This document shows positions 1-15,619 of a DNA stretch of 64,000 nt, one piece after another. The first letter of the stretch is position 1, and every line of letters starts with the position of its first letter. The DNA lies in contig NW_002060943.1 of the NCBI RefSeq assembly GCF_000150275.1, positions 4,918,008 through 4,982,007 of the forward strand, given 5' to 3'. The DNA is from Trichoplax adhaerens (lineage: Eukaryota > Animalia > Placozoa). Position numbers and translations under genes: made by a program. The notes under the pieces are model-generated. The model saw only the letters and a program-made list of their open reading frames with translations, made no database searches and was not told the origin of the DNA.

Positions 1-1714
1 GGATAAAACATACCATGCGCAGCTATAGTTACGACTGTGACTAAATTTCTACTTAATTATACACCATGTACCTCAAATCTCATATTTAACTACATCTATA
101 ATTCAATAACTATTCTATAATGCAGCTAATCACATTTAAGACAAGGTATTATCTGAAACAATTATTTACTACTAGTTATCAGTCCAATTTCATATTCCAA
201 ATCGAGACTAACCATCAACCAGCGAATCAATCTTAATCTACATTTGGTCACGCAGAAAATTTCGAAAGTATCATTTATGTATTACTCTTGAATCACCATA
301 GTCCGTTAGAGGTTCCTTGGCAGGCACAAATGTTATAGCCTTATGCCTTAATTTATAAATTTATCTATTATTAAGATATGTTATATTAGTTCGATGTTAT
401 CGATTATAGTCTCTAATATAAAAGAAAAGTTGTTGAATCGGTATATACATAGGGAAAACAAACTTTTGGAAAGACATGCTATTAATGGGTATCATTTAAA
501 ATTATAATTATTGAGTCGGCGTAACATGATTACTTTATTTATTATTAAAGCGAAAGTAGCATTCTTTTTGTTTGTTAAAAATCTTTAATTCCTAGAATTT
601 TATTGAAATGATATGATTGGACCCAATGCATAGCAATGACAATAAGGTTGTAATCACATAGATGCTATAGAAGTAACGCGATTACATATAGAGCATGCAT
701 ATTTAGCTATAGACAAATATAATTTCAAATAGGGGGAATATGTATCATAACTAAATATATAATTACAATAAACTAGTAGTAATGTAGTATAATAGCAGAT
801 AGCCTGCACAAGAAAGCTTGTTTGATCCTTGCATAAAGTTAGTTACCCTTAGCAACAGGCCATATCGATAAAACAACTCTGTGCTATGATCTTCGATATA
901 AATTTACTGTACAAGTTTAAAATATGAGTACACCTATTACCGAATATCATTACTTAGTTAAGACTTAGTAAGGTATTTAATATTGCGTTCATAAGTCTGA
1001 TATACTGTATTGTCGTCAGCTATTAATTAAAATTTTATAAATCCTTTTTCCCTTCAAATTGAATATCTTTCTAAGTAGTAGCTCTTAGCAAATATGATTT
1101 AACTTTTTCAAATTCAATATCTTTGCAAGCCAAGATTAGCAAAATATCAATATAATTGCCAGGCTATGTATGATAACATAGCTTTTATTATCATTACCGA
1201 CCAGATCTTTGTGATATTGCGTCAAAAAATCGTCATGAGTACTCTTCTTGCTATATAGCTACAAGACTTATTCGATATTTATAGAAAGAATATGGTCCAG
1301 TAATATTTTTTAGTGAATTGAAGCATAAGATCGTGATCTAGATTACCTTGGTATCAGGTTACATATATAATCACTTCTACGGGAACAATGAGTATTTCAG
1401 TAGCAAAAAGAAATATTTATAAATCACACTATTGCCTTATACTTAAGGAATATGAATAATTAGCTGCTATGAAAACGACCAATTAGCTGTAATACTAGAC
1501 ATGGATAAATTGTTCTTAATGTTTCTGAATTAAAAGTTGCTAAGTAAGTAGTTTTTGATTTACCTGCAACTTTTAGTACTGAATTGAATGACATTGAAAG
1601 CACTACTAAGGATACTTAGTTATGCATGTTCATACAGAGATAGCTAAATTAGCTGCAATAATAGACTCGATAAAATTTTATTGTAGTTTAATTTAAGGAA
1701 ATATTGATAGCCAG

Positions 1715-2270
1715 TGTGATATATACCAATTACGAAATTCCAAATTTTAGAAAAATAAGGGCTTTATTGAATCTTATACAAAGATTAACTAGACACAGCT
1801 CTACTCTAGTCGAATACCACTACTAAAGACTTCTAGAACGAACTAACTGAATAATCTAAAGTTGTATACTTTTATACTTTTCGTAGTATTCGCAGCTACA
1901 ATCCGCATGGCAACCTTTTACCTTATATTACACATAGTTAAATTATTCTTAGAAAGACTATTCTACTGCGGACCATCATTAATCCAATATGGATACGACT
2001 ACAGTACTTACGTAGATATTATTCACACCAGCCAAAGTGCAATGAATTAACCATATCCTAATATATGATTTACAGTTCTATTCTTACCTATAGCCTTATT
2101 AGTAACTCAACACCCTACTGTATATAATCATCTGTACTCTAGTATAGAGTCTCTACCACTACAGTCTATAGTTATAGCTACCAAATATCTCTTAGGATAA
2201 ATATCTACCGTACACTATACTGTACTAAACATGGCTAATAGTCTACAATCACAATACTAGTTACATTACA
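1715..2270 (-). mobile_element. Solo LTR, family A
   Basis: TGT...ACA ends, perfect 5-bp TSD GCCAG; near-identical to four other copies; TATA/Inr/AATAAA on the minus strand. Confidence 0.9.
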
Positions 2271-5200
2271 GCCAGGTATTTTATTTTCATGACTTGGTGA
2301 GGTTATGACGGCATTAAATCGGGTTGCATTAAATATCATGGCATTTATAGATTCATTATAAACAACTATGTAGCGACTTGTAATAGCTTGCACTATTACG
2401 CTAGGCCAAGTTTATGTCTGAAGTAGCATAAGTCTAATTACAGTGCGTACTCCAGTTGATCGTATAATCATATGTCGGTTAATTTATTGGACTTTGGTAC
2501 ATCTTAGTATTAGTTAGCGTTAATACAACTTAACGTCACTTCTCTACGTGACTTCAGCTAATAACAGTGGTAAAACAGTTTTGAATGTGTAATAGCAATA
2601 TGCAATAAAATGCTATCTGATATAGAATAGTCAGTTGTGCTTGATAAATTTTGGATGATGGCTGATATACTGAAGCAGTGTATTTGTTTCATTCCTGTTA
2701 TATGCATAAAAGGCCCGTAGCTGACACCTTTATACTTGTAGAGCTGTCCTTTAAGTAATATATGAGCTAATACAACCCTTAACACCTAGACGGAACATTG
2801 TAAAGGTACGCGTATATTTGATTTTATTTAATATAAGTTATATGGAATTTTTGCTCTAAAGTTGAAGTTGATTATTCCGTTTATTGTAGCCATTTTTACT
2901 ATGTTTAAGAAAATGAAAGTGAATTCTTCTGAGATAGACGGACTGATAATCGAACATTACTTCTAAAATTTAAAGCGGTATTGACTATGTGTCGCATTTG
3001 GACTTCGCTCGAATCTAAAAGCTCAACGCTTGAGTTAACAAATTGAGAATTATAGAGCTAACCATTCATGATAGCTTGTTGTTATATCAATAATTATTTA
3101 GTCGTAATATAAGATCTTGTCTTAAATCGTAGTTTTATGACTTGGTTACTGCTAGTCTAAGCTCTTAATCGAATATACGTAAAGTACGTGTATAGCAAAT
3201 TTAGTGCAAATTATCTTTGAAGTATTCTAGGTTATACTATTATAAATTCTGGTAGAAAGTTTGCTAGATCTCTACCTAAAAGGGGCAGCTAACATGGGTA
3301 AAACTTTAGTCTATGTTCGTATCAGAAGCTTTTCTTTTATTATAATTATAGATAAAAATAGCATTGATCAAGCAGATTGCGAGTACGTTATCTTCTTTTC
3401 ATATCTAGAATTAGAAACTTTAATACGTTTATCTTTATAGTTCCATAGAGATAGTCAGTAGCTAAAATTCTACGATTTTATAAAGTTTATTTCTATAGCC
3501 ACTCTAATCATTTATTACATATTTTAAAAGAAGTCCTACATTTTCACCGAGATGCAGTAAGACGAGGTCGAGAATTTTGTTGTATAAAGTTAATTTTAGT
3601 TCAGACAGAGGTCCAGTTGTCAAGTATTATAAAGTACGATTCTCGACATTACCATGCGAGATATCGATAAATAAATTATCTCAAACTTCGCCATAAGGAA
3701 ATTTATTGCTTTTACTTTTTGAATTAAGTTGCTGTTTTTCAAATATGTGTTGCTAACAAATAGATATTAAAATTAGAAATAATGCAGCTCTTAAAATACT
3801 TGAAAGAGTAGCCATTGATATTTTATAGTAGCTCAAATACCTTTAAAACGATTAATTACCATTGTAACTACTGTGATGATGTAACTGTAGCAGCTATGGA
3901 TAATAGGCTTTATCGCGTTACTTTTATCTCATCGAACTTTTGAAATAAACAGCTGTTAAGGCTTAATAAATTATATGCGAAAGTGTTTTTTGCTATGGTA
4001 TTCAGGATGTCAGACCTAATCTCACATATTGAACTCAGTGCGTTAAATAATAAGATTTTGTTATTTGGTATATTGCCAACGCATTGCCTTCAAATAACGA
4101 ACAAATCTTTGTAGAACCTTGATTATATTGATACTTGGGTTTAGACATCACTCAAATGAGTAGTTTTTGTTATTCAATTTTAGCTATTATAAAGAATCAG
4201 ATCATAAAAATTAGGAACTTAGCTAAGCAGAAATATTTTTGTTTTTTAATAACTAATTCAACAGTAACAATCCCACAACTACGTTTATCCAATGTCTTAG
4301 AGTCTAATTTGTCCAAGATATACTATGGTTTAAAACGTAAGTTATCAATGGCAGAAACGAATAATAAGGTACCTTATTTTATTCATTAAGAAGAGAATGA
4401 TTTATTAAACAATTTTGAAGCTTTAAATAGATTCTTCCTACATCGTGCTGTAAATGATCGAGTAATAGTCTCCTACTATTACTGTAGATTCACTTACGTA
4501 ACCCAAAATTTAAATTAGCAAAATAGAGTAATTCCCTAATGTGATACACGAAGGTCAACGCCGAATAAATAGCCTTAAATAACAACGTTTATTGATACGT
4601 CCGTCTGTCAGAGAAGATTTCCAATTTCTTCTTCTCTTAAGAACAATTGAAAATGACTAAGATAAACTGGACAATACCACTTTGACAAATCTGCACACAA
4701 ATTACTTGTATACAAACCGTATCAATAAATGCTTCCATTCTATAGTAGACATACTAATTCGAGACTTTTGATTAAGCATGTCAAATAATCCGACAAACCT
4801 TCCTAATCCAAAATTAAATTATTGATCAGTGCAGCGTTAGAGTTTTATGATAAAAGTATATTTAGGTAATGTATCACAAGCGGGATATCCTACTGGTTAT
4901 AGCTAAAGCTAACATGACAATGGACTCATCGTAACCTTAAATAAATATCTCTTCGCAGCCCTCATGCTTCATCTAATTCTTCTATAATTCATTAGAATTA
5001 ATAAAATTTGAGTAGTTAACCTCACGTCAATATAAATGAGATACCAGAATCAATTGCTAGTTGTATCGTGCAAATATCTTTTACATTTTTAATTATATGG
5101 TTACACCTTGATACCATTTTAAGTAACTTTAGTTTAGGTCTCTAGCTTCTCAAATTTTATTACTTCTGTATAGACATTCTGTGTGATATTCTTGGATTTG

Positions 5201-8200
5201 GATTAAACATTGCCCGTATAAATTCTGAGAGTTCATGAAGCTCAAGCAAGACCTCTACAAGGGCATTTAAATTTGATAATCCCTGAATTTTCAAATAATT
5301 ATCTTACATGGATAATATTAACATTTCATTTTCTTATAATCTTAAAACGCTTACCTACTGCTAGCGAATTAAATATTTTCACAAAATTCTACTATTTTTC
5401 AACTATGATTCTATACAGCAAAGTTTGAAAGTTCTGTAGTGATTTATTACAGTATGAAAATACGATTAACGTGCAACAGCTTTCATAACCTAAAGTTGTT
5501 TAAGTATATTATGTTGTGATCGTCCTTGGAAGAATGCTAGCTTTAATAATAAGATCTAAAATTTTTTAGAACTCCATTACCCTATGGTTATTTATAGGTA
5601 TGAATTTGAACCTTTTGCATACGATAAATACGCAGCCGTATTCAATTATTGGAATATTACATGCGAAGTTAAGAATAAAATTTAATTCATTTTCACTGGC
5701 CAAAGAACAACAGTATTTTCTGAAGATTGTTTAATAATAATGCAGCGATCTGAATCTAGAACACTCCCAGATATCTCATAAACTCTTCAAACAAATGTAG
5801 ATCTTACCATGATCATTCATGATAATAAAAGCCATGGTTTATATTTCTAAATTCTAAGTGATAAATTGCTTACATGGCTTCTAGTATCGTAAATTATGAA
5901 GTCCAAAAGGGTTATTCTACGAGATTAGATGAGATAGCATAGTTCTTAATTGATATGCCCAGGAATTGCTAGCTAACGCAACATTGATATTTATGAATTA
6001 CTTATCCAGGATAGTAAATAAGCTGTTATAATTTTAGAAGGATTTATAACTATGACCTCACGACATAAATCTGATAATTTTAGAGATCTGCCGTATTGAT
6101 ATATTTAATCAGGTACGACTAGATGATGCCGCTAGGATAATTTCATGTTTACCACACTGCTCATAATTATACCATGACTAAGGAGCAATAGAACTAACTC
6201 ACTATACAAATAAAGACATCACTTCTAACGGTAATAATCCTGAGATTTATATTAAAGCAATAGGAGCAAAGAGTACGTTATCTTGATTAATATAAGTTTT
6301 ATACCGAATTAAGTAGTGCTATAAGCAAAACTATGAGGCAAAATATGATTCGTATTATCTGTAATAGACAAGCGTAACTTTACCAAAAATTTTAGTAACA
6401 ACAGTGAAACGAATTATAGTACAGTATATTCAGATACGCTACTAAGTGTAGCCATGAGTCTTTTAGGTCATAAATGATTCGAAATCAATCATTCAAAGTA
6501 ATTGCAATTTTAGAATTGATACTGATTCAGTTAGTAGCCCAAGAGCAGGAGTTTTGATCTTGTGATATGATAAACTTTTCTAAATTCAAGACGTGGCGGA
6601 TGCATCCAAAATTCATATTGCCGCTACTTACGCTTGCAACTTGTGTCTATTTTGTTAATTACTAAGTAGTTATATTTAATCGGAAAGTTAATTTATGAGT
6701 TAGCTGCCGCATCTTATCTTATACTTACTCGTACATTGACAATTACTTGCAATTTTGGGTAACACCGCCGATTATGAAAACCCATATGCAATTGCTACTT
6801 ATATAGCATACGTATTTGCGAAATATGTATTGTTAGGAATAGTCGATACAGTGTTAATGTCATCAAGATATGAAATAGATCGAAAATAATTCGTAACTTA
6901 AAGATTACCGTCAAATATTGAACTGTAGATCGGTACGCAATCGATCTTCTATAGGCTTCATACGGCCTTAGTTAGATGCCTTAAGTTAAAATTTAATGAT
7001 AAATACTTTTGCCTACCCTTTTGCATTAATGTAGACAATAGTGTGCTTTTTTTAATGCTATCTAAGTGATATTAATTGTTGTCTACGTATGTCAGCTTTA
7101 AATTAATTCTTATAACGATTAAATTTAAGTTGTTATAGTCTGATCATTGTTATGCATGAAGATTTAGCTATAATTCTACCGTAGCTTATTCTTACATATT
7201 GACGCTGTTTTCAGCCTTTCGCGCTACGAGCAACTGTAGACTGCTGCTTTTAATAGCTTACAATACTTATATTTTTTTCCCACTGATCAAAGTCATTTGC
7301 TAGCACCTGAACTAATATAGCATCAATGGTTTTTAATTCTAAACTTTAACTTTCTGTATGTTTTCTGCTTCGGGAACTGTAAGTTCCGCTATTTCTTCTA
7401 CGTATCTCAACTGTTATAGATTTGAGTGTTGGACTTCTCAGCCCACTTCATGATAGATTGCCCGTTGTTTTATGGTAGATACCTCAATATTATACAGCTT
7501 ATTATCTAAAATAAATAATCCTTTTCTACAGTACCCATTTTTATAATCTCTAAATGATATTTATGCTACTTAACCTCTCAAAAATTATCAAACCATTCAT
7601 TACAGTCAGTAGGGAAGCGAGTGTAAATTAGAAGCGCGTACTCACAGAAGAGTATTAGTACTTTAAAATTTCGTAACTGATACTAAACCAAACTAAACAC
7701 CCTTAAAAAGCTGTAGACATTTTACTTAACTCTCTCCTCGCAAAAATCCAACTTGTTTACAGTGAGATTTGGCTATTATGAAGTTATATTGTAATGCAAT
7801 TATAAGATATCTATAAAATTCTTATGTTAGAAAATTCTGTGTAGCGTACAAGATAAAATTAAAACAGCAACACCACAAGTATAGCGACATTAGTCCTTGA
7901 CATTATTTGTAAACATCAATTTCTTGTAGTTGAGAGCTATAATGCAATAGTATTATATGGTTATTCCGTAAATTTAAAAATAAATGATTTTTTCTGCTTG
8001 ACGTCTATCGTTATGAAATAATTTCCCAAATTTACAAATGAATTGCAGAGGATTAATGTTGTTAATTTTTATAATGAACTATATAAAGTCAAACTGTAAC
8101 ATTCTTAAGTAATTTATTCAAGGCTGCATTTTATGAACATGTGTACACCAATTGCAATATGAAGGTAGAAAATTGTTGTGTTCAATTTATCAACCGCTTT

Positions 8201-11200
8201 TTCATAATACCGACCAGGTTTACATTTACTAAGAAAATTGATAAAGACTAACAAACACTAAAATAGAGTTTTCGTTTCCATTCTTTATATATTATTATAA
8301 CATTTAATTTACTGTACTTATTTTTAGCTAAAATTATTACTAATTTAGATAAATCAGCAGGGCCTATAGAATGTAGTAAAATAATTTAGATACCTGAAAT
8401 TTTTCAATAAATTAGTGTATGTCTCGCTTTTCATTCTCAGGTTTCTGCCTTTACAAGTGCAATGTTTGATGGACCATAAAAATACTCAGCGATAACCACT
8501 GAAGAATGAACCATAGCAGAAAAGTACTAAAGGATGATTTTTAAACATCAATTCAAACTTAAAGAAATCAATCAGCGTCTGTCAAGGTTTTTAAATTGAT
8601 GAAAGTTTGATTTTCTCTCGATGAACGCTGATAATCCGATGAAATTACAAAATTTGATTTATATTTATACAGTCGTAATAAATTATACAGCTAACTAATT
8701 CTAGCTAAAAATATATCGACACAGCGCGCTCTTAATAGGGATATGTTGCAAAATATAAACATTTTATCGCACATATATCTAGTTCTTACTCAGTTAGCGT
8801 CGATCAAGTTGATCGTAATCAGTAAAGATTATTTTAGCTATTAAGAATTTAGTGCCCTCATGATGTTTCAGTTCTATATATTAACCGAAAGTTATCGAAG
8901 AAAAATATATTACAATACATTTTACTACGTCAGTATAAATCTGGTTTAGTGCAATTAAGACCTAAAAGGGCTTCATATACTTTTGAGAATAAAGTGTTAA
9001 TGGATATCGATAATAGTGTCAATTTTTATCTACTAAGTTTCAAATAAAGGTTATTTCCACAATTTAATACTAGTTCCATGAACGTAGGAAAGAATCGTGA
9101 TTAATTTTAATCTAACCTTAAGTATGCTTCTATGGCTATTTTTACGAAACAGGGAAAACCAATATCGATCCTAGGCATTCGATGAAGTCAACATGGACCT
9201 AGAATTCTTCAACGATTACTACCATGCTCAAAGGAAATTAAGAACATTACTGAATCCTATCCAGTTATTCCTTAAATAGTATAGAATGAAATACGTGACA
9301 ATATTATCATTACATGGGAAAATTAAAGAACAATAAACTCGGTGAGAAATGCTATTTCAATATCTTTTTGTGTTGCCATATATTCATTACAACAGTAAAA
9401 ACTAAATTAGTAAATTAAAACTAAAAATATAAAGAAAGAAACACTTTCGGCTGTTATTGTTTTAAATAATACCCTATTAATTAATAAGCGGACCCTATTT
9501 TACAACATCATAAATTATCTTTCTTTTGTAGTAATCTTGACGTAATCTGATTTTGCAGCAGTAGACTAGCGGAAGATATTTCATCTCTAGGCATTTAAAG
9601 AAAGACAGAACATTTGATTATTCCATGATTTACATAAAAATGATAAAATTGTGAATAATAACGGCGTTGTTACATATCCAAAGTAAATGAAAAAATTCTT
9701 TCAGAGCGTTAATTATATGCATAAGAATTTACCAAATAGAAATATGTTGTAATGGTTATTTTTCATACCTTATCTTGAAAGAGACAAAGGTTTATATGAT
9801 CACAATCAAATCCATAAAAATAATGTTCAATAATTAACCACCGGTTCTTCCTATATAAAAATATATCATCGTGAATTGTTAAAGTATCTTCCCAACGGCT
9901 GGATAGTACAAATAATTTTTGTTTCGGATACGTTCAAAGTTTTCATTTTTCTAATGCTAATTTTTAGATAATCTATGAAATATCTAAAAATATAATTCTA
10001 ATGCTAAAATATTCGATATTGGACGATGTGAAGTATTAAACAATGGCAAGTTAGTTTTATAGGGATGATTAAATTAAATCAAATTTTAATAGCGAATACC
10101 ATCTATTTCGTAACTACGATAACTCTTTCCTTTTAATCTATTTTAATATTTAAAATAAAAATCTGTGCACAGCTGTTTTCCATTAGCTCTATCCCATCAT
10201 TAACTTTAAATTTTAATAAATTTATTAAATCTTATAGGCTAAGTAAGAACAATGCCGAATAGGCACAGGATAAATTAATCTTTTGATAATGATTTTGCTT
10301 GATTAATTTTAGTCTTTAATTTTAAATTTGCCCTAGCCTCCTTTCTAGCCTTCGATTTGTCAATTTGACCATCCACGGCTAGGCTGGAATTAGACTAATA
10401 TCGAAATAAAAGTAAATTTCAAGAGAGATTTAATGTCTATTCTGAAATTAATATCATTGTAATACCAAAATTAAGCACTATTCTCGTTCCAAAATAGAAA
10501 ATGATGCCATTGATACCAGAAATGATACATGTTTTTGTAAAGAAGTTTAGTCTGTCCAGCTACAACAAATCTATTATAGTAGATTATCGTTTAAATTTTA
10601 ATACGACAGTACTCGAGATATTGTAAGAATAAAACATTATTTTGTAGTAGATAAAATTAAATTCCTTTTACCACTACAATGAAATTTGACTACTGCCTCA
10701 CTATCCCATCATATTTGCAACAGCTCAAACGGTAAGAATCAAACTTGTAATTTAAACAAAATTAAATTTTTACAAAAATTTCATTATACGCTCAAAATTT
10801 TATTCTATTGATCAGAATTTTGTTGCATTGAAATTTGGGATTACTTCTCGTATAATATCCACGTAAGATGAATGTTGTCAATGTCTGAATATTCTAAATC
10901 TGCGACAAAAATGTAGTATTTCAATTAGAGTAATGACTAAAAAATAAGACAATATAATTTCTCTGTCCCTAGCAATTCTATACAGCTTATTCGATTGTAG
11001 GATAATCTCCAATAGATTTAAAATGATATCCTAAGTTTTTGATCTGCAGAAATAACTCAATTTAACAAGTTATTTCCATCCATTTTTGAGAATTTATCAA
11101 TCATCAAGAATGTAGATTTGAAATGTAACGCAAAAATATCCTTATTTACAGTTATTACAATCAAGTGTTAATATTTATCATTTATTGCAAACCAACTACT

Positions 11201-12628
11201 GTATTATAACGATTGAAGTCATAACTGTACATTAGCGAGCACTATTGGACTGATATTCTTCATTTAGATAAAATTTTGATGTAATAACATCATACATGCA
11301 TGAAATTGGGAAATGATTGAGCCATACAGCTTTTATGATGCTACTTTGTCTAACAATAGATTTCCTTGTTTTAATGGCCGACCATATTACTATGATGTCA
11401 CGGTGCTAACTCACCGTACCAAAATAGTACATGCTTTGCGGCTACAATGATATTGTAAGCCGAGGAGATTACGTAACCAGATATAGATTGTAGACGGTAC
11501 GATTTAAATTGTGATGTGTTAAAGGTCATTTATATCTATAGTTGGATTAGTAGTATTCTAAGAGGTGTGTAAAAAAGCTGTAGATAAAATCTATTTAAAC
11601 GATTGGACAAATTAATAACAGTTAGTTCTTAGTTCCTAAGGTTAGAAGTATAACGGAAATCGAAGGCGTACGAATTATTGCGAGATCGTAGATTCGATCA
11701 CAACGTTATCTTGTCACACGGGAGTTTGTGACATATGAATATAAACTTATATAAAATATTTAAATAACATCAACTAGATACTAGCAATAATAAGGATGAA
11801 ATAAATATGTATCTAGTAAATAAAATACCGTACGGAATCATCAATTCTAATGATCATTGGCCTTTGCCATGTTGCTAATATTTTTTCTACCGAAAGCTAG
11901 AACGCATGTTATGAGAATTTATATTATTTAGGAAGTAAAATTGCTCACCCGCATCTTTTGGCATAATAATTGTAGTAAAGCGGTATTTTACTGTAATTAT
12001 AAAGGAGTATGAAGAAAATAATTCTAATCACTAGTTGTTGTCGGCTTAGTTAATCGTAGCATTGCACATCTCGTTAGAAATCGGAGGAATGAAGCCTAGA
12101 ATGAGATAGTTTATAGACTAGTACACCAGTAATTATAAATACGTAAATACACCTTTGCCTTACTACAGGCGTGATATTGCTTTAGTAACTGCACACAGTA
12201 GATTATAGAACTTATAAATTAGGACACACATATTTTTTAAGATCGTTCAATCATATCGTAGATAGTTGATTGAATTTTTGTTATTGTTTATTTTTTATGA
12301 TCAAATCCATCAGGCTAAAGTTCTAATTTAGGGAAATCAAGACAATTTTTTCTGTTAAGGAATAAATAGCCAAAATAATTTATTCTGCCTAGTTTTACTT
12401 AAAGTTATAGGCTATATCGAATTTAATAATTGCCTGAATTCTGATCATTGTATGGCTAAATAATTCGAAAGCCTATGATTGCACTTGCAAAGTTTACTGA
12501 TAATATTGCATTCTTATAGAAATACTGATACAGAAAGCCTATGATCTGTTACTGAAGTTTCAAAAGTTCCAATAATGATATAACATACAATGTATAGCAG
12601 AATACTTAGTGGTTGGTATTATAATATA

Positions 12629-12661
12629 CTAGTATAAATTCACGTCCCTTTGCTGACGGGT
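12629..12661 (-). mobile_element. Helitron-like 3' terminus
   Basis: Minus strand CCCGTC-agcaaagg-GACGTG hairpin, 8-nt spacer, then CTAG|T; related sequence at 48226-48301. Confidence 0.45.
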
Positions 12662-14121
12662 TACGATAATGTACTTATTTGTTAATAATTAACAGATAGT
12701 ATTACCATTCGACATAATATATATCCCAGTAATAGCCAGGCACTACTTTATTCACAGCAATGCTTGTAGAATACTACTTTTCAATAATGACTTGATGGAT
12801 GAAATGCTATATTAAGATTAGTAAATGGTCCAAAGCACATTATGATAACTAATGTACGGTGATGGACATACCAAGTTAAGATTAGCAGGTACTGTAAAAG
12901 ATATCTACAGTGCGGTACAATGTCCTTAGTACTGTGGTCAATTTTATACCAATCATTATGATGTGTCTAACGATAGCTTGAGTATGCAAGCAAAGCTTGC
13001 TCTGTCGAAAGCAGCCGTTATAAGAAAATATAACAATCAAAATGGCTGTGTAGAAAACTCTGTAAAGATTCTATGTTTATTCAATTTTCATCAGAGTATT
13101 ACATCGAATCAAAATTTAAAGGCCCAGTGGCCACCCTTAACGATATAACGAATACTATTTTAATAATCAGTACTCTACAGAAATTACTACCTTAGAGCTA
13201 TTCGTTTTACATGAAGAAATCTTGAGGTAAAAAGTACTGTAAGAATCTTATACTGACCTATTGAAATGAACCCATAATCAAAGTCATCTAACAGTAGTAT
13301 AAAAACACCCCCGCGCTGATCGTTTCAAGGGATGGTAGGTGGAATTATACCCTGACAACATAAGCGGTAGACAGCTCGATCCCAGACTGTATTCTCTTGC
13401 AAATGTAGTATCTTTGATGCTATGATGCTTCTAGGAACTGGTACTGCCATCTTATATTTATCGTTGGTACTATATTACTTTATATAAAGCCCATTTTTCT
13501 ACACCTATGTTACAAGTTGAGTGTGATAAATTCAGATTATTTATCATCATATTGCAGTCTGTTATGGTCATCCATACTCTAGCTGAATACAATCGATTTT
13601 ACGGCTTCTACTACAACACATTTATCGTTAATATCTTTTCATTCTACGATACTACCCAGTTTTATAATAGCAGATCTTAATAAAAATAGAATAAGTTTTT
13701 AGTATTTTATTTCCAACATTAAGTGCTTCTATTAATTTCCCTACAGAACTTAGAATGAATAGAGAAAGAATTGTAATTTTACATACTGACACGAATGCGA
13801 GATTACTATCATCACATTATCAGTACAATTTTGTATCTATACTGATCTATCACTTATTCGTAGAGGCAGGCATACAATTTTTATCATAACTTGGTCGAAA
13901 GAAAATTTAAGGGAATAATAATTCAATTAAGCTGATAAATACAACTAAAAGCTAATTAAGTACGGTAAAGATTGTGTATAAATGTCGTATATCAGCTAAC
14001 TGAAGTTTTATAATGGTTCATCTCATCGTTAGGATTTATATCGGCAATATGGTTGCTGGTAAAGATTAAAAATTCTAATCCTAATTCTATATATGCGTAT
14101 CCGTATTGACAATTATAATTC

Positions 14122-14127
14122 TTTATT
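14122..14127 (-). terminator. Candidate polyadenylation signal of the LGR gene
   Basis: AATAAA on the minus strand ~190 nt after the stop codon. Common by chance in AT-rich DNA. Confidence 0.35.
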
Positions 14128-14313
14128 TAGGTCGTCAAGTAATTAAGAGTCTTACCTTATTTATAGGAATGTCGTAAACGAGCACTATTACTTATTCTAA
14201 AAGATCAAGATGGCATTCAATCGAAGTATTAAACTATCATACTAGCAATTGTGATCCTATAAAACGGAGTTTATGCACTGTAAGGTAGTTGACAATTATG
14301 GTTAAATAGACGT

Positions 14314-15619
14314 CTAACTTAAGCTGAACAGTATATTTGATGATGGAGAAAGTTGCGTTGACTTTTTCTTTTTATCGCTTCCCGACTTCTTAATGCCGAC
14401 TTTATTAAGTCGGTTACTTACGCTATTGTTGCCTGTTAATATTTCACTGTCACTTGGTCCCAATGGCGGCGCGATAGAAGTTCTGGAAAAAGTGACAGCT
14501 ACGTCTACGCGTTGAGAATGCTCGGGCTGCACTTTTGCACCCGCAGTATCCAGTTCTCGATCAACTTGAAATTCAGGAAGCGGTTTGGATGATCGATATC
14601 TATTTGATTGTGAGTATTCATTTGTATCAGTTTTTGTACTAAATTTAAAGCGAAAGTGTTGCAGAACTTTCTTGGTTGATAATGTGTAAAGAAATGGGTT
14701 AATGCAAGAGTTCATCGGCATAACCAGAATAGCAATAAAAGGAAGTGCATGGATATCAATCTCATTTCCGAAAACGCCACTTATTAATAGGACATAAAAT
14801 GGCATCCAAGTGGCTAAATCAGTTGTTAAAATAACTAGCATTCGGATAGCAACACGCTTTTCATAATTAAAGTCTGATTTCTTTTTCACTTTCAATCTTG
14901 CTTTTCGTAGCGATGCTAAAGTTAGACCGTACATAATTAGAATAGCTATCCAAATCAGAAATGACATTCCTAAAACTACAAATATCCAATTTGCAAAGTA
15001 TGGGTTATTGATATTACTAGGCATACATACACTACTGTATTCATAAAATCGATTGTCAGATTGTTGGTTAATACTTGCTATGGCTGGTATTCCAACACAT
15101 ACAATACACAAGCTCCAGGATGTAATCATAGTTATAGTAGCACATTTCTTGGTAATTTTAAACTTTGGCATAACAAAAACGATATTGATAAAACGATCCA
15201 CTGTAATGATTAACATTATGACTACTGACATGACACTAGAAATTGCAGTTAAGAAACAAGCTAAAGCACACATTGGACTTTGCAGCCAGTATTCTAAATT
15301 ACTGGCATAGCGATTGTGTAGTATGCCATCTGCAAAACCAATAATGAGCAAGTAAATACCCATGAGGAGATCAGCAGATGCTAAGTTATTTACTAAGAGC
15401 TTGGGTACAGGATTACGGCACTGCTCTAAGGTTTTGTTCACATAAAGTGTCAAGATGTTGCCAATAATGATCATACATGATGTACACCACACAAAAATGC
15501 GTAAAGAAACATGGGCTAGGACATCATTACAGGTTGATAATTGCTCTTGATTATTAATGGGGGAGCAGTCTAGGACTGTAGTTGGAGCTACACAGCATAA
15601 AAATTCACGCGTTGAGTGC
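14314..15619 (-). CDS. Terminal exon of the LGR gene: hinge, 7TM domain and C-tail
   Basis: The ORF-track 441-aa ORF, whose true start is the acceptor ttctatag|G at 15619 (phase 2). Motifs FLCC..DCSP..STCNDVL, IIGN, NLASADLLMGIYL, WLQSPMC, ITVDRF, VCMP, TTDLATWMPF and PMNSCINPFLYT match RXFP/GRL101-type LGR 7TM domains. Confidence 0.95.

Noticed and set aside
1862-2050. Repeated ~62-aa ORF (also 28884, 42765, 47781)
   Set aside because: Lies within family A LTRs, antisense to the LTR promoter, starts at TTG and is interrupted in the 43622 copy. Recurrence reflects repeat identity, not coding constraint.
2369-2784. Further solo-LTR candidate (TGTAG...TAACA)
   Set aside because: TSD imperfect (ACTA/CCTA), single copy, boundaries ambiguous.
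15053-15310. 85-aa plus-strand ORF
   Set aside because: Antisense shadow of the 7TM exon.
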